DNA of 64,000 bases. Source: Candidatus Heimdallarchaeota archaeon. GTDB taxonomy: Archaea > Asgardarchaeota > Heimdallarchaeia > JABLTI01. The notes below the pieces were generated by a model. It did no database searches, was not told the origin of the DNA, and was given only the letters and a program-made list of their open reading frames with translations. Numbering within the stretch: position 1 is the first letter of the stretch; each line of letters starts with the position of its first letter. Below, piece by piece: positions 59,663 to 64,000 of the stretch. The stretch spans positions 1-64,000 of the forward strand of contig JAHLVW010000050.1 in the NCBI GenBank assembly GCA_019058275.1. Direction: 5' to 3'. The position numbers were made by a program, and so were the translations under genes.

Positions 59663-60694
59663 TTACCTAGACCTTTTCTTCTTTGTTTTTTCTTTCGCTG
59701 CTTCTAGAGCTTTTTGTCGTTTTTCTTTTTGATGTTCCTCTGCTTCCTTTTCGTGTTTTGCTAGCCACATTAATGTAATATCTTCTATTGAGATTCCAGA
59801 AGTTTTAATGTCGATAAAGTTACCACTTTCAATAACTCTATCATGAATATCACCTGCTTCTTTTTTACTGCCAGCAAAGAAACGACACATACTACCTATC
59901 ATTTCATATCGAGGCCAAATATCTTCAGCTTCTTTCTTAGACATTTCACCTTTAGGGATAACCATGATATCAAACATATAATTGAATTCAGATTGGAGTT
60001 CAGACACGTCGATCATTCCTCGCACAGTGCCACCTAATGCTATTAGAAGAATTTTATCACAGAGAACATCTACAACTTCGGGATCATGGTCAACAAGAAC
60101 AAGTGTTCGCTCCCTCCCTTGTTTCTCTAGAAAGTCTAATACAACTTGTTTCCTACGAAAATCAATACCATTTGTAGGTTCATCTGCAAATAGTATTTCG
60201 GGATTCTTTTGCAAACCAACACATAATCTAGTTATTGCTTTCTGTCCTTCGCTAAAAGTCTCAAGTTTTGTATTCCATAAATGATCTAATTGTAATTCCT
60301 CGATGAAATCTTTTGCTAAAGCCATATCTCCATTTGTTACTTTTACGAAGAAATTGAGAGTTTGTTTTAATGTTAGTTTCTTTTGGAAATCCATAGCAGG
60401 TGATACAAAACTAATTCTCTTCCTAACTTCTTTTATTTCTTTAACTATGTCATATCCACAAACTTGTGCATCTCCACCATCTGGTGAATAGATAGTAGAA
60501 AGGGTTTTCAGCAAAGTAGTTTTTCCAGAACCATTGGGACCAAGTAATGCGAGAGATAATCCCTTTGGTAAATCAAACGTTATGCCGTCAAGGATTCTCT
60601 TTTTACCAATAGTTACTCCATCCTTTTTTCGTGTGAACAGACTAGTAGGAAATTCTTTGATTAATCCGTCAGATTGAATAATTTGGTTTACCAT
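59663..60694 (-). CDS. ABC transporter ATP-binding protein
   Basis: GPNGSGKT, FSEGQ signature, ILFADEP, H-loop VDHD. Confidence 0.92.
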   Translation of the reverse strand: MVNQIIQSDGLIKEFPTSLFTRKKDGVTIGKKRILDGITFDLPKGLSLALLGPNGSGKTTLLKTLSTIYSPDGGDAQVCGYDIVKEIKEVRKRISFVSPAMDFQKKLTLKQTLNFFVKVTNGDMALAKDFIEELQLDHLWNTKLETFSEGQKAITRLCVGLQKNPEILFADEPTNGIDFRRKQVVLDFLEKQGRERTLVLVDHDPEVVDVLCDKILLIALGGTVRGMIDVSELQSEFNYMFDIMVIPKGEMSKKEAEDIWPRYEMIGSMCRFFAGSKKEAGDIHDRVIESGNFIDIKTSGISIEDITLMWLAKHEKEAEEHQKEKRQKALEAAKEKTKKKRSR

Positions 60695-60706
60695 TTTTTG
60701 TCCTCC

Positions 60707-61639
60707 TTAATAAAACTCAATGGTTCCTCTCCTTCGAGCAATTTGAGTCATCCATTTCACAAAGAAGTAAGTGCCAACAGCAAATACAGCACAAACTGCT
60801 ATGTTAATTAAAATCATATGACCATATGTCAGACCTGCAAAGTCTGTTTTATCACTGAAAAATGAGACATCCGGGAATAGAGCTGATGTATCATGTTCGA
60901 TAAGATATTTTCTGAATGCATATTGACCTGTTACAATAGGTATACATACAGCAATTACAGGCCACCACCAACCAAATTGTGAGAAAAATTCAATCATGAA
61001 GAAATACCCTCCAATAATTCGAATAATGTATAGCATAATTCGAACAATTGTTGTAGTTTGTTTTACTAGTAAAGTTATAGACCCCATTAACAGACTAATG
61101 CACATCATGAATAAATAAGAAAAGAAGATTAATGGTATTAGCATAAAGAACTCTTGAGCAGAATGTGGAAGAAGATTCATACCTAATTCTTCATTTTTTA
61201 ATAATGCAAATGTTGGTAGAGTTGTTATAAGGAATATTACAAAAAACTTCAAGCTTGATGATATGTATCTCCCAACCATTACTCCCAATGTATCAACATT
61301 ATTTGTTATAAGATAACCCATTGTTCCACGAGCTGATTCCTCTCTTAAACAAAATGCTGTTTCCTCATAATTACCAGTAAACATTGTCCAATAGGCTGAT
61401 GAAGTCAACAGAAACAATGAAAACGAATAATCAGGTGCAAAAGCACTATCACCTGAACCAACTGATAGACCAAGAAATCCATAAGCAACGAGATTAGTGA
61501 TTGTCCATAAGAGTTGGATAACAATATCTGATTTGTATTGCCAATCAGTAATTAGATTTCTTTTAACAGTTGCTAATGTTACAACAAAAGTAGATGATAG
61601 AGCCCGTTCATGATTCGTATCTGATTTGAAAACACTCAC
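60707..61639 (-). CDS. ABC-2 type exporter permease
   Basis: Six TM helices, EESARGT motif, C-terminal RRRGTIEFY. Confidence 0.85.
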   Translation of the reverse strand: MSVFKSDTNHERALSSTFVVTLATVKRNLITDWQYKSDIVIQLLWTITNLVAYGFLGLSVGSGDSAFAPDYSFSLFLLTSSAYWTMFTGNYEETAFCLREESARGTMGYLITNNVDTLGVMVGRYISSSLKFFVIFLITTLPTFALLKNEELGMNLLPHSAQEFFMLIPLIFFSYLFMMCISLLMGSITLLVKQTTTIVRIMLYIIRIIGGYFFMIEFFSQFGWWWPVIAVCIPIVTGQYAFRKYLIEHDTSALFPDVSFFSDKTDFAGLTYGHMILINIAVCAVFAVGTYFFVKWMTQIARRRGTIEFY

Positions 61640-61832
61640 TATTTATCACTTCATTCACAATAATATTTCTCACTTCTCTCAGGTGAGGAGTTCTAACATG
61701 AACTACAGTATTATTGGGGGAAAAAAAGTTTGTGTATTTTTGCTAGGAGAATTGAGATATTAGACTAGCAATTGCACTCAATTTGATTTGTGTAATAAAA
61801 ATAGAGTATAAATGAGTTGGTAAACTAGTTCC

Positions 61833-62273
61833 TTACCACTCATCATCATAATCTTCAGAGTCCCATTCGCCAGCATCAGATGGTAGTTCCCATTTTTCCT
61901 CATCCTCTAACCATAGCTCTGCATCAGATACCATTTCAATTGGTTTAGTTTTCTTTGGTTTTGCTTTTGATTTCTTACTTTTAGTCTTTGATGCTCCTTT
62001 CTCAAGTCTTTCTTTAGTTTTAGCTGCCGCTTCTTTTGCTTTCTGTTTCTTAGCTGCAGGGGTTATCCAGCTAACTTTTACAGCAAATTCACCGCCTTTT
62101 TTAGTAGATACATACTCAATTACACAATTTAATTTATTTTGTTTGAGATCTACTTCAAATTCGGATCCTTGCCAAATTATGTCTGGAATACTTTCATCTA
62201 AGGAATCTGAGAGCATCATGAATAGCTCAACAAGTGCTTCTTTGTTTACTTGCTTAGTCAGCGAATATTTCAC
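61833..62273 (-). CDS. Amphi-Trp domain protein with Lys-rich linker and acidic Trp-rich tail
   Basis: EALVELF...GEFAVKVSW; tail WLEDEEKWELPSDAGEWDSEDYDDEW. Confidence 0.6.
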   Translation of the reverse strand: MKYSLTKQVNKEALVELFMMLSDSLDESIPDIIWQGSEFEVDLKQNKLNCVIEYVSTKKGGEFAVKVSWITPAAKKQKAKEAAAKTKERLEKGASKTKSKKSKAKPKKTKPIEMVSDAELWLEDEEKWELPSDAGEWDSEDYDDEW

Positions 62274-62460
62274 TTTTTACCCACGTCCTTTTGAATAGCA
62301 GATTATTACAGAGCTTGTTTTTGTTTTCTGTAATTTATACTTTACCATTGACTTCTTAAAATGTAAAAATTCTAGAGTATTTGCTTAAATATAACAGTTA
62401 AAATATAGAAAGTCTATATTTAAACATGTTAGTAGTAAATAAGTAATTGAACTCGAGGTT

Positions 62461-63714
62461 TTGAAGTTGAAAGAAGCAGAGAAAATCTATAGCTCATTAG
62501 AAGAAGCATGTTCAGAAGGGAATTTCACTAGTGTAGAAGAATTTATCCAAGAACTTGAAAATCTTACGAAAGAACATGATAGTGCCAATGAGATTTATTC
62601 TAAAGCGATAATTAGGGCTCTTGAGACATTTAAGGGAAGATTTTCTTCGACGAAAGTCAAGAAATTCATAACCAATGTTGAGGACTTAATACGAAAGAAT
62701 CCGAATGATGAAAATCTTAGAAGTAATTATGCTAAAGCCCTACGTTCTTCGTTAATAGTTATGAGTACTAAAGGTCAACCAAACGCCATGAAAGAAATCA
62801 TGACTTATCTCGAGGATTTAGCTACTAGTAATCCTGAGAATATAATTATTCATGAAGAGCTTTCCATAGCATCGCATGAAATAGCTAATTATTGGAAGAG
62901 TAGAGGAGATTTTAAAGCTCTAAGAGATCGAACCCAGAAATTTAGGGAGTTAGCTGGTAAATTCCCAGACAATGAGAAAATCAAGTTAAACCTTTCAAAA
63001 TCGCTTGTTTTGGAAATTGATAGTTCAAATAAAAGAGATATCGCTAAAATTGATACTATTTTATTAGAAATTCAAGAAATATCAGAATCTATGCCAAGAA
63101 ATGTTGGACTACAATTAGAGTGGGTACATGCTTATAGGACTGCTATGGATAGAAGTTATGAAAAACCAGAAGATGCTAAACGATGGTTAGATTCCATGAA
63201 GAAAATTACATCAGATAAAAAAAATGAATCTTTCACAGTGGAGTTAGCTAGAGGATACTTGAATACTATAGCAAACCTTGGACAGCAAAATCGTGAGGAA
63301 TTATCTAAACACCTGGATGAACTTGAAATGCTTACAGATATAACAAAGGATAACCTTGAATTACAAACAATTTATGCACAAAGCTTGATCACTTCCTTGC
63401 AAATCATTGGTATTAGTAATATGAAAGAAACAAATGAAATAATGGATGAGATTAAAGAATTAGCTACTAATTTCTCAACTAATAATGTGATTTTAAAAAT
63501 TTATGTTGAATCTTTAATTGGTGTTATTGGTTTACTAGTACAAGAGCAAAAAGCTGAAGAGATTATACCATTACTAAAGCAGTTTGAAGCTCTAGATGAA
63601 AGATATCCAAAAGATCAATTTATACAACAAACCTATGATCAATTAATGGATACTTTGAAAATGATTGGTTTTAAGAAAGCTAAAAAGAAGCCAAGAAAAA
63701 TGGAGTACATGTAG
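62461..63714 (+). CDS. TPR-like alpha-solenoid repeat protein
   Basis: About 8 repeats of about 47 aa: NPNDENL, NPENIII, FPDNEKI, MPRNVGL, TKDNLEL, YPKDQFI. Confidence 0.75.
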   Translation: MKLKEAEKIYSSLEEACSEGNFTSVEEFIQELENLTKEHDSANEIYSKAIIRALETFKGRFSSTKVKKFITNVEDLIRKNPNDENLRSNYAKALRSSLIVMSTKGQPNAMKEIMTYLEDLATSNPENIIIHEELSIASHEIANYWKSRGDFKALRDRTQKFRELAGKFPDNEKIKLNLSKSLVLEIDSSNKRDIAKIDTILLEIQEISESMPRNVGLQLEWVHAYRTAMDRSYEKPEDAKRWLDSMKKITSDKKNESFTVELARGYLNTIANLGQQNREELSKHLDELEMLTDITKDNLELQTIYAQSLITSLQIIGISNMKETNEIMDEIKELATNFSTNNVILKIYVESLIGVIGLLVQEQKAEEIIPLLKQFEALDERYPKDQFIQQTYDQLMDTLKMIGFKKAKKKPRKMEYM

Positions 63715-63824
63715 TATATGAGATAGACATTACTTGCTATATTCTCGATAAGAATCATTTTTCAAGTTTTGAAATCAAAAATTCTAATTATCTACATAAG
63801 TATGTTTACTGGGATTAACTTCTA

Positions 63825-63968
63825 ATGAAAAGGTTAAAACTAAAACCGTTTTTCTTAGTTTTTATACAAGTATTGTTCTTTGTTTTACTGGGGTTTGCTA
63901 TCTTTTGTAGTGCCCCACCTGAAGGATTTCCTGATGAACCAATAGATGGAATCGGAAAAGGTCCATAA
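63825..63968 (+). CDS. Unannotated 47-aa secreted or membrane-anchored peptide
   Basis: MKRLKLKPFFLVFIQVLFFVLLGFAIFCSAPPEGFPDEPIDGIGKGP*: basic n-region, hydrophobic h-region, short acidic Pro/Gly tail; pyrimidine/T-tract follows the stop. Confidence 0.55.
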   Translation: MKRLKLKPFFLVFIQVLFFVLLGFAIFCSAPPEGFPDEPIDGIGKGP

Positions 63969-64000
63969 ACAAGAACTCCCCTTTCTCTCTTTTTCTTTAA

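Noticed and set aside
2562-60491. Numerous 60-136 aa track ORFs antisense to or nested in well-supported genes (e.g. 2562..2771, 11271..11666, 22516..22902, 24821..25231, 31390..31746, 59982..60284)
   Set aside because: Shadow ORFs of real genes, with no motifs or independent expression signals.
63816-64000. Minus-strand ORF end (...GVLVYGPFPIPSIGSSGNP...) entering from the window edge
   Set aside because: Cannot be excluded, but the + strand peptide has a start, a coherent signal peptide and a terminator-like tract, so it was preferred.

Overview
AT-rich archaeal chromosomal window, most likely from an Asgard archaeon (Heimdallarchaeia-like). This is inferred from A-type ATP synthase A/B, Spt5, SecE, FtsZ, RIO2, a GPT/AglH-type transferase, an archaeal pilin, and longin/uDENN/gelsolin/V4R-like proteins. 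Housekeeping genes (tldD/tldE, pyrG, rio2, atpAB, spt5, secE, ftsZ, iorAB, tRNA-Val) are mixed with peptide/aromatic catabolism and transport genes (two M32 carboxypeptidases, five MFS transporters, two PaaK-like ligases, an ABC-2 exporter). No CRISPR array, integrase or transposase was seen. Best candidates for new systems: (1) an abasic-site protector (SRAP/HMCES) directly upstream of a family-B polymerase with intact polymerase motifs but a dead proofreading site, both with clamp-binding-like tails, i.e. a possible Pol zeta/HMCES-like damage-tolerance cassette; (2) a Dna2-like Fe-S nuclease/SF1 helicase operon with helical, wHTH and TrmB-coiled-coil-PLD partners, interrupted by two in-frame stops; (3) a longin-V4R fusion behind two small membrane proteins, next to aryl-CoA ligases; (4) a TPR-like solenoid followed by an unannotated 47-aa secreted peptide. 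Nonsense and frameshift lesions cluster in accessory genes while core genes are intact. All functional calls come from motif recognition by eye; no searches were run.
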